64,000 nt of DNA from Fimbriosthenelais zetlandica (Eukaryota): positions 16,740,001-16,804,000 of the forward strand of contig OZ365118.1 of assembly GCA_977030845.1 (NCBI GenBank). The letters run 5' to 3'. Below the pieces are notes generated by a model. That model was not told the DNA's origin, searched no databases, and was given only the letters and a program-made list of their open reading frames with translations. A program made the translations under genes and the position numbers. This document shows positions 27,105 to 38,498 of this stretch, in pieces (within the stretch, counting starts at the first letter, position 1; the number at the start of each line of letters is the position of its first letter).

Positions 27105-27843
27105 ATGGCTTAGTGTAAAATTAAGAATTATGATGTGGAAATGGGGCCAACATTGAAGGTACAGGAGGATGGCTTTAGAATGAAGCTTTGTGCGCTACAG
27201 GCCCTGATTAAATAGGAATAAAAGGCATCGACATTAGGCGGGTCATGGAATTTAACCCACAAGCCTTGGTTATTTTAATGTTAGTTTTATGGAGGCTAGC
27301 CTGTCCCTCTGTGATCATGCCTCACAGTCCATCCCACTCTTCCACACGTGCCTTACTTTTGTTCCCTGATCCTGATTACAGACATCAAATAAACAATATT
27401 AAAAGACCCCTTCAGGCCATAGTCACTTAAGAGAGTTGTTTTTATTTCAAAGGGGAAAAGGGACAGAAAGGGGGGCCCATCCATCATTCATAGTGAAGCT
27501 TAGCAGTCGGCACAGACAGTGGCCTTTGATTGATTGTATGGGGAAAGATTTAGGGGGTTCTGCCCTCTGCTACTACAAAACTTATGGCAATACAAGCAGA
27601 AACAGTCGAGCCCTGTAATATTTTATCTTACATTTCATTTATTTTGGAACACATGGGAATTGTACTATGTTAACCTCCATAGGGCATCTACATCTGTGAG
27701 TGCGGCATTTATACTGTTACTATGGATATCAATATATAGTTTCTACAGGAATTCTGATGGAACATATGTTCTATATCTCAGTGGGTTTCATTAAATTATG
27801 CTTACAAGTACTCTTTTATGACGCAATCCTGTTGTAACTGTTA

Positions 27844-28047
27844 CAGTTGCACTATCCTGCTGTCACTGTGTCAGCTGCCCTATTTTGCTGTCACTGTGTC
27901 AGTTGCCCTATTTTGCTGTCACTGTGTCAGTTGCCCTATTTTGCTGTCACTGTGTCAGCTGCCCTATTCTGCTGTCACTGTGTCAGCTGCCCTATTTTGC
28001 TGTCACTGTGTCAGTTGCCCTATTTTGCTGTCACTGTGTCAGTTGCC
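27844..28047 (+). repeat. 28-bp minisatellite, about 7 copies
   Basis: Unit GCTGTCACTGTGTCAG(C/T)TGCCCTATTTT starting at 27859, 27887, 27915, 27943, 27971, 27999 and a partial at 28027; a partial degenerate unit lies upstream. Confidence 0.98.
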
Positions 28048-28208
28048 GATCCTACTGTAACTCAGACAGTTGCACCACATGTATGGTTCATGATTCTTGG
28101 GATAAAATCCTGTCACCAGCAAGGTTTCATGCTTGCTTTGATTATTGTCCTGCACGTTCAGCTACACAATACTTCGTCAATCAGTAGTGACAGTCAGCCA
28201 TAATGATT

Positions 28209-28319
28209 ACATGTTACCCCACTGATCCCAGGGTGGAGGGTTTGAGTTCCAGCAGAGTCCATAACAATGGCCTGTCTGTTGCTGTTTGTGTTCCTGCACC
28301 AGTCAATGAAGTTGGCCAT
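28209..28319 (-). mobile_element. Decayed non-LTR RT fragment (Rex1/Babar or CR1-group-like)
   Basis: Minus frame MANFIDWCRNTNSNRQAIVMDSAGTQTLHPGISGVTC resembles the post-YADD region (FV.WC..N.L.LN..KTKE.VVDFR...P.SI.G) of these RTs. The catalytic motif itself was not seen. Confidence 0.35.
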
Positions 28320-30156
28320 GCAGGTTGTGGGCGTGAAGAAGGATGCCAAATCAGGGTGAGAAAGAGCTCTCATGTTCAGCCCACACAAGATAACAATAGA
28401 TCAGTGAGAAAAGCGGGGATCAGAAGGGGATGATCAGGACAATCCCGGGCAAACTCTTTAAAAAGGGGGATGATTAAGGTAGCTTCAGTGTGGGACAGCT
28501 TGATGGATTGCCTCAGCATTGGGCTGCATGCATGGCTACCTACTTACTTTCCCAACTCATTCATTTACTCACTTGTGTACGCATACACCTACCCACTGAT
28601 ATACAATACAGCAGAGTAGACTACAAATCTCGATGCATTCACTAAAATAACTCTACATTGAAAAGCAAGATAATTATTATGTTTTTGAGGGACTCTGTTC
28701 ATAGGTAGTCTCCAAATAGAATTGAGTAAATGAGGAAATCTAGCAAGTTATAAATAGCCATGATAGCCTTTCTTGAAATGACCCAAAAGCACTCTAAACC
28801 TTGTAGACATTCACTCATTCCTCATTCATTTGTTGGGTGATTATGATCCACTTAGTCTAATGGCTAAAAGTTTGGAGCCTAACCACAACCTTCTCAAAGT
28901 TACATTTTATAAACAAAAAATCTCCCTCTTCACTAACATGTGAAGCATTTTAAGAAGGGGACATTTTTGAGAGGGATTTGAACAAGGGTTAGGATGGATG
29001 AGATGCAGTGAAGCATGAGGGAGTTGCTCCGAGCTCTTCAAAGCCTGACATGCTCCAATTACAAAGTACATGCATGAGCTGCCCCTTTGAGTCGTCGCTA
29101 AGAAGCATGGCCCAGGGCGGTGATTTGTGGTAACTGCTTCTTGCTTCTTGTGCCGCGTTCCGTGACAGTTTCTGGCTTTTCAAGTCACTAATGACTGGGT
29201 CTGGGGAGTTGGTGTAAACTTTCATCATCGCCTCGCCTCCAGGGGGAAGCCAGCAGTTTGTGAATTGTGGCCCGTGGAAAATTCTTGCACAGACATAAGA
29301 TTATCTACCAAACTATCAGCTCAGAAGTAGAACACTTGTTAAACCTGGCATGTGAAAGTATGACATAGATCTGGGCAAGTCTTTACAACCCAGATTTACC
29401 CTAGGCCTATTTGTGTTCTGTGTTATGTTTACGTATGAATATTTTCGCAGCATCGTTCTTTGGAACACATCATAAGGCTAGTCCGGATTAGGAACATTTG
29501 AGGGGAAGTTATGGAATTTAGATACAATTACAACAAAGATAACAATAACATTATCCACATAGTAGGCCTATGCCTGCATTTATCCATTATGTAGGAATTT
29601 GATTGGCTATATATATTCTAGATTAGCCTTAAATCGTGGCAAATATCCGTGGGTGGCAAATATCCAACACTTTACCTGGGTGATACTAGCTCCCTATATA
29701 GGCCTATACATGTACTTAAAAATGTATGGCATCTTTAATAGGAATCTCTTCGATAATATACATGTTACTTTTAGAGAATAGGTCTACCAGCTATTTCCTC
29801 CCCATTTCCTCGAAATCAAAAGTAAAGTATTAAGGAAGGTCCAGATGTAATTAGTGGTCAGTTCCGCTTACAAAGCCCCCTGCCCAACCCTACCTCTCAG
29901 CGAGAAACTTAATTATTAAAGCACCGCAATCTAGACCCGCCTTCTCACTGACCAGCTACAAAACATTTATTTGATTTAACATTGGGTCTGCCAAGTCAAT
30001 TCTCTCCCTTGAATCTCACTCCAGGTGATGTCTTTAATTCACTATGGCATGCGATGCCGTGCACAATCATTAGGACCTAACTGAATAAGATATATCATAT
30101 AGATTAGATAGTCTTCATTACAATATCCCTTATATGGGTATATATGGGAAAAAATC

Positions 30157-30420
30157 GACACGCGCAACACAGCGACACGGCCCTAAAATCAATGTTGACA
30201 TTCTGACTCAGCCTCCACAGCTGAAAAAATGGCTGGTAAAAATCGACACGGGACATTCAAAATTTCTTTATTAAATGACACTCGACACATGGATTTATAG
30301 TGACACGCGACATGCAAAATTAGATGAAAGTATCACGTGGCACGATTACTTCATTATAAAAACTGACACGCGACATGGAGACATTTCTTATCGGGTAGGC
30401 CTAACATTGTGACACAGACA
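30157..30420 (+). repeat. Spaced array of GACAC(G)CGACA-like motifs
   Basis: Copies at about 30157, 30174, 30245, 30277, 30302, 30365 and 30411; exact GACACGCGACA at 30302 and 30365. Spacers are AT-rich and non-repetitive. Confidence 0.75.
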
Positions 30421-30702
30421 TAAAAAAGGCACCCATGTACATCCCTCCTTATGCCTCTTCAATGATTAATTAAATCATTTATGTCTGAAACCACATAGGG
30501 GCCTAATATTAGGCCGTACCCCGATGAACGCCTTAATTCAACAGCCCTAACCCATTATGTTATGCGCTTATTCTAACATTCAAAATATTTTCTTTAGACC
30601 TATTTGCCATATCTTTCTTCCAAAATGAAGACTTAAAAGGTCAGTCAACCTTATTTTACTATTATTAATTGAAAAACGAAGTCCTACCTGGTTGATTCAC
30701 TG

Positions 30703-30779
30703 TCCTCTATTAGTACCGAATGTTTTTGGAGTGCCCTCCGTCCTCTATTTAGCAACGAGTATTTTGGGAGTACCCTCCG
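30703..30779 (+). repeat. Diverged 38-39-bp tandem duplication
   Basis: TCCTCTATTAGTACCGAATGTTTTTGGAGTGCCCTCCG followed by TCCTCTATTTAGCAACGAGTATTTTGGGAGTACCCTCCG. Confidence 0.8.
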
Positions 30780-30799
30780 CTGCCCTGGGCCTGTTATGA

Positions 30800-31338
30800 A
30801 TACCACGTGCTATTATCACATGACCTAAGATGGCGTCAGCAGCGTGGACAGGGCGAGGAGCGCACACACGGAGCGTTTATTTCATGGATTATACCCCGAT
30901 ATTTATCTCTAATTCCCGGAAATTACCACTAAATCGACGGGGGACGTCTTGAGACATGTCCTGGTGTAAAATTTTAACATGCCATGGGAGGAATTCGCAT
31001 ATAATTTGGACTTCTTTGCTTGCACGGGAGGTGTCAATGGATCCATAACTTGATGAGCACTGCTTGATTTCAACTCGTCAACACTGTTTTGAATCCGCGG
31101 AATTCCAATTTAAACACCAGCCACGGACCTAATCGCTCTCAGATCGATCCCCTAACAACTATAGTGTTTGTGTGTACCTATATTTGTGACTTTTTGATTG
31201 TCTGGACTGACTTTTGGTTGTAAACATGGGGTGATCATGCGGCTCCCTCGATCATATCAACATTGAACGGTCAGTGTCACTGACAACGTGTCCTCGCTCG
31301 GGTCAAGGCGAAGCAAGTGATCATGGAACCCAAACGGT
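30800..31338 (+). promoter_or_regulatory. Putative gene 5' end (CpG-rich, YY1 motif, ATG plus splice donor)
   Basis: AAGATGGCG at 30827-30835; raised CpG from about 30830 to 31340; Kozak-like ATCATGG at 31320-31326; donor CG|GTAAAT at 31337; then AT-rich, intron-like sequence. Confidence 0.35.
31323..31336 (+). CDS. Possible first coding micro-exon (MEPK...)
   Basis: ATG GAA CCC AAA CG|GTAAAT. Supported only by context. Confidence 0.2.
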
Positions 31339-32031
31339 AAATAATTAACACTTTATACAACTAGATTAGTCTGAAGACAGACGTAGGGAGTTTATTTACA
31401 AGTTGCTGGCACAGAGCCAGATGTGGCCTACCCTGCCTGAGCATAGGGTAGCCTATTGCTGTGGTGGCGGCCCACCCCTGTGTCACACTTTCAATTGAAT
31501 TATTTTATTTTTAGACTTTTGTGACGTTCAGGTGTGTACTTGTTGTGTACAAACTATAAATGGAAGAATATTCTCTCAATACTAGCGACATGGCATTAGA
31601 CTAGGCCTACTGTGGTGGGTTGTTGATGAAAACTAATTCCTGAAAAGTATCTTGACTGATTAGTAGGCTTCACGTAGGACTCCCAAGGTACTCGTAAGTC
31701 AATTACCTGAGATTAATTTAGAATAATTTATAATGAAATAATTTCAACCACTACATGTATCACAGTTTACATAATTCGAGAATACAATCCATTTTGGATT
31801 TTTTTGATTGTTTTTGGCCTATTATATACCTATGGGCTATTTTGTCTGTACAATAGGCCAAATTACGAAATGCATTTTTATGTGGTAAGTTTTATTAGTT
31901 TATTCAATATAACTCAGTGTATTCATTGCATTTTCTGGGTAGAATCATCTGTGAACTTTGGTTGTGTAACATTTCCCCGAGCAGTTGTTACAGTGAGCAG
32001 CTCGCACGGTGACAAGTAGATGTTTAAGCTG

Positions 32032-32140
32032 GTTGCCATAGCGACAGTGGATAGAATGTATGATTGGGGTCAGTAACCGCTACCCACGGTCATAATGACC
32101 ATTGCCATGGCGACCACGTCATTGGCAAGGTGTTGATTGG
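32032..32140. promoter_or_regulatory. Two RFX X-box-like motifs with three ATTGG (CCAAT) boxes
   Basis: GTTGCCATAGCGAC at 32032-32045 and ATTGCCATGGCGAC at 32101-32114; ATTGG at 32063, 32121 and 32136. Confidence 0.5.
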
Positions 32141-34010
32141 AGGATTTGAGAGAGGCTGCATTTCCCTTACTTAGCCGTTAACATTCATTGGTCCATAAAT
32201 TCATTCTCTCTCCTTCCCCCCTCTTTTTTCAGTCTCTCACTCCTTCCTCTCCGTCCCTCTACTGCCTTAATCCATTTAGTCAATGGGTCTCAGTGTTGCT
32301 TGCTACTTAAATGCTACTCAAAGACTCCATTGATGTTACAGGATAAGTAGGAAAACCCATAAAGCCTTGACTGATCCAATTTTAAACTTAATATTAAAAA
32401 TTGAGAAGAAAATTTCCATAGACATTCCAGTTATTATAGGCCTAGCCAGCTGAGTATGTAAAGGGTAACGCCCTTTGGTTTGTTGGTAATGGAACTTCAA
32501 GAGGTCTAAGATTTCTGATCAAATTCCTTTAATACATAGGCCTAAACTCCTCTTCCTTTGGTATGCTGTTGCTATACATCTATGTGGCAAGATATTACAG
32601 TTAGAACTGTATCCATTGCCTGATATTCATTATAGGAAATCTGCATGTCTATACTGACAAACCTATAGTGGTTGAATTTCATTTGCAACCCTTGTTTTAG
32701 AATACATGGTTATCTGTATAGCATTATATATCATATTTTGGAAGTCGATCGTCCCCTGGAAGACCAAATATTCATAACAAATTTCTCACAGTACCATGTC
32801 CTACTATGGACTAAAACCAAAGGTTAAAATCTACCTTCTCTCTTACTTTGTGAGTTGAATATTGGTTGGGTAAAACAAAGGCACTGTCTTATAAGCTGGT
32901 GACCTCTGTGCTCGGGTAAAAACACACATTGAGCGTGTTAGAGAAAGTCTGATGATTGGCACTCAGCCGTGATATTAGCTTACAGTTCACTGCATCCTAT
33001 GGACACATCACAGGCTGCTTAATTATTACTTGATTACTGAGTACAACACCCGCTGTGCCAACAGACAACTTGGCTTCTCAATGCCTCCATCCCATTCCAC
33101 CTTCCTTCAAAGGAGTTCTGCACTTGAGCTGTGTATATCTGTGTGTCTTGTCTCGTATTATGTGTCCGCTACTTTCTTTTGTAATGGCATTTTTTGCCTT
33201 GAGAACTTGAGAAGCATTTCAGTTAACATAATTGCTTGGCAGCTCCTTATGATATCTTATGTCTTATCTCAGGTAGAAATGCTGATTTTTTTTAAGACTT
33301 TGCTTTGATAAACTTGGCATTGTTTTTATAATATAAGGAGACTCATTAAGTGAGTGTATTCTCCTTTGATGCATCCTTGTCATTCCTACACACATATACA
33401 TATATGTATGTTATAGCTTTTGGTCTATAGATGGTAATGATGCACTGAGATCTTAAGGCTTTAAGACCACCCAGATGATTTCAGAAACATCTTATAAATG
33501 TCTTATTCTGTCTCTTTTGCCATTTGTCCAATTATAAAATTAATACTCATGGTATTCAGAACAAATTACTCAGTTTGAAATATTCATTTAGGGCCCATGA
33601 TTTGAAAGTGAATTGATAAATAATTTAGTGAGTTTCTCGGGTCATGAAATGCCAATATAAATTACTGCGTTTTTCAATTTGTCTTACAGTGTAATTTCCT
33701 TTTGGAGAAATGTAGGCCCTGTATAAGATAGAAGATTGTATATAGTTATGAATATATAGAACACACACCCTTGAGTGGAGTATATATATAGGGCTCGTGT
33801 TCTCCCCCTCGGGCACTCATTCCCCCATATGTTGATGGTGCCCATCTAGGTGTGTCATTGAGCTATAATCCAATGACGACTGGACATGAGAAGCTCGGGG
33901 ACTTGACCCCTCTCACTGCTCCTCCCCGCCTCTCCTTCCCTCACACTGAAATGTGAGGGCCTTGTTCTACAATGTCAGCTCTCAGACATCGCCTGATCTG
34001 GGAATTCAGG

Positions 34011-34382
34011 AGGAAGTAGAGAGAGGGATGTGAGGAGAGGGAAAAGAAGAGAGAACTAGAGATAGAAAACTAGAGATAGAAAACTAAAGAGAGAGGGAGC
34101 TAGAGAAAGAGGAGAGCAGATAGTTGGAGAGAGAAAATCTGGAGACGAGAGCTAGAGAGGGGGTGGCAGGGGAGAGCATGCAGGAGGGAGAGAGATGGAG
34201 AGAGTGAGAGGTCTGTTCTAGTTACACAACTATCCCTCAATGACAGAGAAACTAGCCAGAGTCTAATCTGGAATGCACATTGTAGACAGTGGGAGAACTA
34301 AGCTGAGAGGTTGAGGGAGAAAAGCGAAAGAGAGAGAAAGATGATGGGAGATACGATTTGGAGAGAAAAGGAGAATAGGAGA
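34011..34382 (+). repeat. Purine-rich (GA) low-complexity tract
   Basis: Extended AG/GA runs; includes a short AACTAGAGATAGAA duplication at about 34055-34083. Confidence 0.85.
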
Positions 34383-35464
34383 TTTTGCTGTGCGACTCCA
34401 TGATGTTTACTCTTCAAGTCTGTACTTGAATCAATAGAGATTAGATTGCCATCTTTTCATTACAATATGTTCAAATAGAGCTTCATCATTACTGGGATTA
34501 TGTTATCCTATGATAATGTAATCACTCATATGTAATCTTGGTATTGTAATGGAGCTCGAGTATAATATATTCAATATATCAATGACTTGATGCTTGCTCG
34601 AAGCAGCACTTATTCTGTATTAAAATGTGGCCTTAAATACGAACCGCAAAACAACCAGAGCATCTGCTATTGAAAGTTGTCCTAAAAACCCAGAGTAAAT
34701 TCAAAAGGTAAAAATAGGTCAATACTTTTAACATGACAAACGTTTCACTGAGCTGAAAATAAATTCATCTAGCAATTATCAATCATAGGAGATTACCATT
34801 GTATTAGATGATAGCAGGTCAGGCCCTATGACCTTCTGGCTCCTTTCCCCCCTCAGATCCCCTCTCCCCTCAATCTCCCCTTTCCCTCGTCCTTCTCTTT
34901 TTCAACCTCCTCCATCTCGGGCAGATATTAATGAGTCTCACCAAGACAAGTGCTTAACCAACTATGTGTTTTGACTGGGACTGAGTCGCTTAAGGATAAA
35001 GATGCGACAACTACCGGTTGAAGAAGGCTGGCTAGGAGTTCTTATGCGGAGATTATTGTGTGAGGGGAGTGTAGGGGACTGTGGTTTATTGCCCCGGGCG
35101 CTATATTCATGGCGCACGATCCCGCGATTTAATGCTTATAATCCCAATTTACTATGCATGGGTGCGTTTGGATTTACAAAACAGCCATGCGGTGTTTTGT
35201 CTTACATAAAACCCTTTGATGTGTCGATTACCTTTTGTGCCTTCTCCAGCTATTAATTGAATGAGTCCTTATCGTGCCTCTACAAATGGGATATAAACAC
35301 AACTGAGATGATGGGTTTAATGTCTAATTATAGCTCCCAGTCTCCGCGGCCGGGATTTGGGTTATCAGGCCTGGCTTCTATCACTGATATTCAGACTGAA
35401 AGGGGAGAATGATCCTCCTCTCCCCTCATGTATTAGATCATCAGGCCTCATAGCCAGCCCGCAT

Positions 35465-35552
35465 TGATTGATCGATTAGATTTTGATATCAAATATTGTA
35501 AATGAATTACTTGGTTTACGATGATAAATCATGACTGGAGCTCGTGATTTAC
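35465..35552. promoter_or_regulatory. Cluster of PBX-HOX composite-type motifs (TGATNNAY)
   Basis: TGATTGAT at 35465, TGATCGAT at 35469, ATAAATCA (reverse of TGATTTAT) at 35524, TGATTTAC at 35545. Confidence 0.25.
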
Positions 35553-36235
35553 CTTCTCTCTATTGCTCAGTGTGATAAGGTTCTGCGGCCGAGGTGTAAT
35601 TATGTTGGTGAAGTGAGGATTTTAAATTTAATGCAGTCCAGCATTATAATTCACTGTTATCTCCCCCACTCCTCTAATGAACATCCAGAAATGGTTTGCT
35701 GATTCTATTCAAGATTATATTCTCAGTTGGACTGATGGGGTCCTTTTTGAATTTTATTGATTCCCAGGCAGCTGTGTTGACTATCTCACTATTCGGAGTA
35801 TATTATTATAACAAATGTGTCCCTGGTCCGCCGATCCAAATAATTTTCATACCAGAAACTTCACCCATGATCTATTGCTGTAACTTTTCTATCTATACTA
35901 ATGATCATGAAAGTCGGGTTTTTAGATATTGCCATTCCGAAACAGGTTCTGTCTGTGACTGAACAACTTCGGAGGCGTACCAAGAATTTATTGCCAAGAA
36001 TTGTTTGGAAAGTCTCCTCATCCTTGAGGAAGAATAAATGTTGGGGAGAAGTAGGCGGGAGTGCTTCCCATTGCCATAATGAAGCTCGGTCTAGCATGTA
36101 TATATAGATGGTAGAGAGAGAAGCGGAGGAGTTCATTTGCTTTGTCTTCTATAGTGAGCATGGTCCTAATGGCTGCCTACCTTACAACTCTTATTACCAG
36201 ATGTACTATCTGATTACCATTAGTCTAACTGCTTG

Positions 36236-36470
36236 CGCTCTAGACCACTCCCTTTCCCTCTGTTGTCTTTTCTTTCTTCACCATTGCTGTTTCCCTTTGA
36301 TTTGCTGTCTGTCTCTCACACTCCTTTCCTGTTTGCTATCTTTCCTTTCTTCCTGTGCCCTTTCTTTTGTCCTACTGATATCTTTCTCTTTTCTCAATAT
36401 CACCTCTCCCCAGCTCCCCAGTTTTACCCCCTTGCAATGTTCTTTGTCACTTCTCTTGCTCTCTGGTTGA
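36236..36470 (+). repeat. Pyrimidine-rich (CT) low-complexity tract
   Basis: Strong C/T bias; explains the Leu/Phe/Ser-rich spurious ORFs in this region. Confidence 0.75.
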
Positions 36471-37500
36471 AGAGAAGGCAAAAGCGTGATCAATTTGGAT
36501 ATACTGTCACCCTACATGTCTGGGTCTTGTATGTGGACCTGTTTTTCCTGACCAGGAGTGACCAACCTAGCCCAGCCTTTGAGCATTGAGAGGCGTCAAG
36601 AAGCCAAAGCAAGAAACTGACTCACTGACTTTGACTGTGAGTGTGAAAGTGTGAGAGGTGAGGGAGGAGATACGATATTAGTGATGACACACCAAGCAAG
36701 CCCTGTCGTACGACAAGCGAGCAGCCGGCCTGCCGACAGCGACACACGGCGTCAGAATATGGCATCAGGCAGATTAGGAAGAAGCAAGGAGCACATTGTA
36801 GAGCTGGGAGCATTACATGAGTAGGAAGGGGAGCAGCTCAGGCTCTATATCTGATCATAGCAACCTGGAAGTTAGGAGAGGAAGAGAGCGGTGAGGGCTT
36901 ACAAAGGGAGTCACCTGTCATTGCCCTTCTAAGGTCATACTGCCTGCATCTCAACACAGGGCTTCAGGGAATACATTGATAATACATCATACGTGCTAAT
37001 TCTCTACATTCACATCAATGCAATAGATATGCACACGTTTACGTATTGAAGTTGGGTATATGATATGGTTGCACGGATTGGATTATCATAGTTGTGCATT
37101 GGCTTGGGAGCTTTGATGTGAATTCAGTACCCACCCATGGCAATCATCCATGATTATTAGCACACGGCTAAACTGCACTTTTACATGTGCTTGTTTCAAC
37201 AAGTTGCAGCTGCTGCATTCACTGGCTAGTCCGGATAGGTCTTACTGTGCTGGTGGAGGCGACACCTACACACAGTGAGTACAACCAGGGAAAAGGTTTC
37301 TGGAGGAAGGCGGAGGAAGAGGTGGAGGAGGAGAAGGACGGGCGTTTGAAGTCACTTCTCTCCGGGCTCACCAAGGAGGCATTGATCGGCGGGGCTGAGT
37401 CCCATGGTCGGTGCATGGAGCGCATCCGGCGCATTCGGTGCTGATATCCCAACGACTGGCCTGTCGCGGCTGTGGATGGATAGAAAGGGAGGGAGAACAA

Positions 37501-37550
37501 GAGAGGAGGAGTGCGGAGGAGGTAGGGGAGGAGGAGGAGGAAGGAGGAGG
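37501..37550 (+). repeat. Imperfect (GGA)n simple repeat
   Basis: gagaggaggagtgcggaggaggtaggggaggaggaggaggaaggaggagg. Confidence 0.85.
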
Positions 37551-38481
37551 CCCAATGCTGGCAAGCTGGAAAGCTGCCTAATGGTACAAGTGACGGCCAG
37601 AAGAGCCAACATCCCGACAGTAGCAGTGGATGTAGATTAGGACGGGTACAGCCGCATGTTATTGTTGTCAGGGTAATTATTCCCCTTGAACATCACTGTA
37701 GGAAAGCCTGGTGCTTACAACTCTATTACCCCCAGTACTGGATGTGGGCAGTTTTCCAGGACGTGATAATCTCCATAGGGTTGTGCTTGGATAAGGACCA
37801 GCTAGGCAAGGCACGTCCGGTCGTTTTCTAGACGTCCGGTGGAGAAAAAAAATACATTGAGCTGTGGGGGTGATCTACAACAGTGGGGAAGTAATGATCT
37901 TTACTGTGTAAGACCTGCAGGCTCAGCTACTGGTGGAAGAACTAGACCTGTAAGGTAGACCTGGCTAGGACAAGGACCTTTAAAGCCCTGGAGGAGCTAG
38001 TTTTCCATCTACCCTGGACGCAAGTATAGCAGATCAAAGGTGGAGGCTGGGCAACTGTTAACCTTCCTCCGCTCAATCTGCAGCCTGCAGCAGGGACAGG
38101 ATAAAGCCAAGTTCACAGGAGGAGGAGCAGGAGGTAGGTTTCCTTTAGCTAACTGCCCCATCACACCACTCCCTATGTATGGCCTGCATCCAACGCCACC
38201 AAACATGGAAAACAATCTGCTGTAGATAACGTCTAGGCCTTCATGTTCTTTTTATTATCTTTTTTCCCTGTATTGCTCAAGGTGGGGGAGGGAGAGGCGT
38301 AAAAAGCTTGATTTATCGATTGTTTGGAGGCAACAAAATGTTGGCTTTGTTACGGCTTTGGACCGGGCTCGGTCGACAAGTGGCCAGCAAGCCGGAGGCT
38401 GTGTGAGTCGCACCCGCTCCATTGCCTCCAATATATGTGTTGTATACTGGGTAGAGAGATGAGCAAGGCAAGTGGGGCATC

Positions 38482-38498
38482 CACACACACACACACAC
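38482..38498 (+). repeat. (CA)8 microsatellite
   Basis: Direct reading. Confidence 0.9.

Noticed and set aside
27818-28203. Three overlapping Cys/Leu-rich ORFs
   Set aside because: Artefacts of a stop-free 28-bp minisatellite read in rotating frames.
34575-34589. RT motif YINDL
   Set aside because: No upstream QGS or downstream ADD motif.
37187-37640. Overlapping GC-rich ORFs on both strands
   Set aside because: Driven by (GGA)n low complexity; no recognisable domain and no consistent splice structure.
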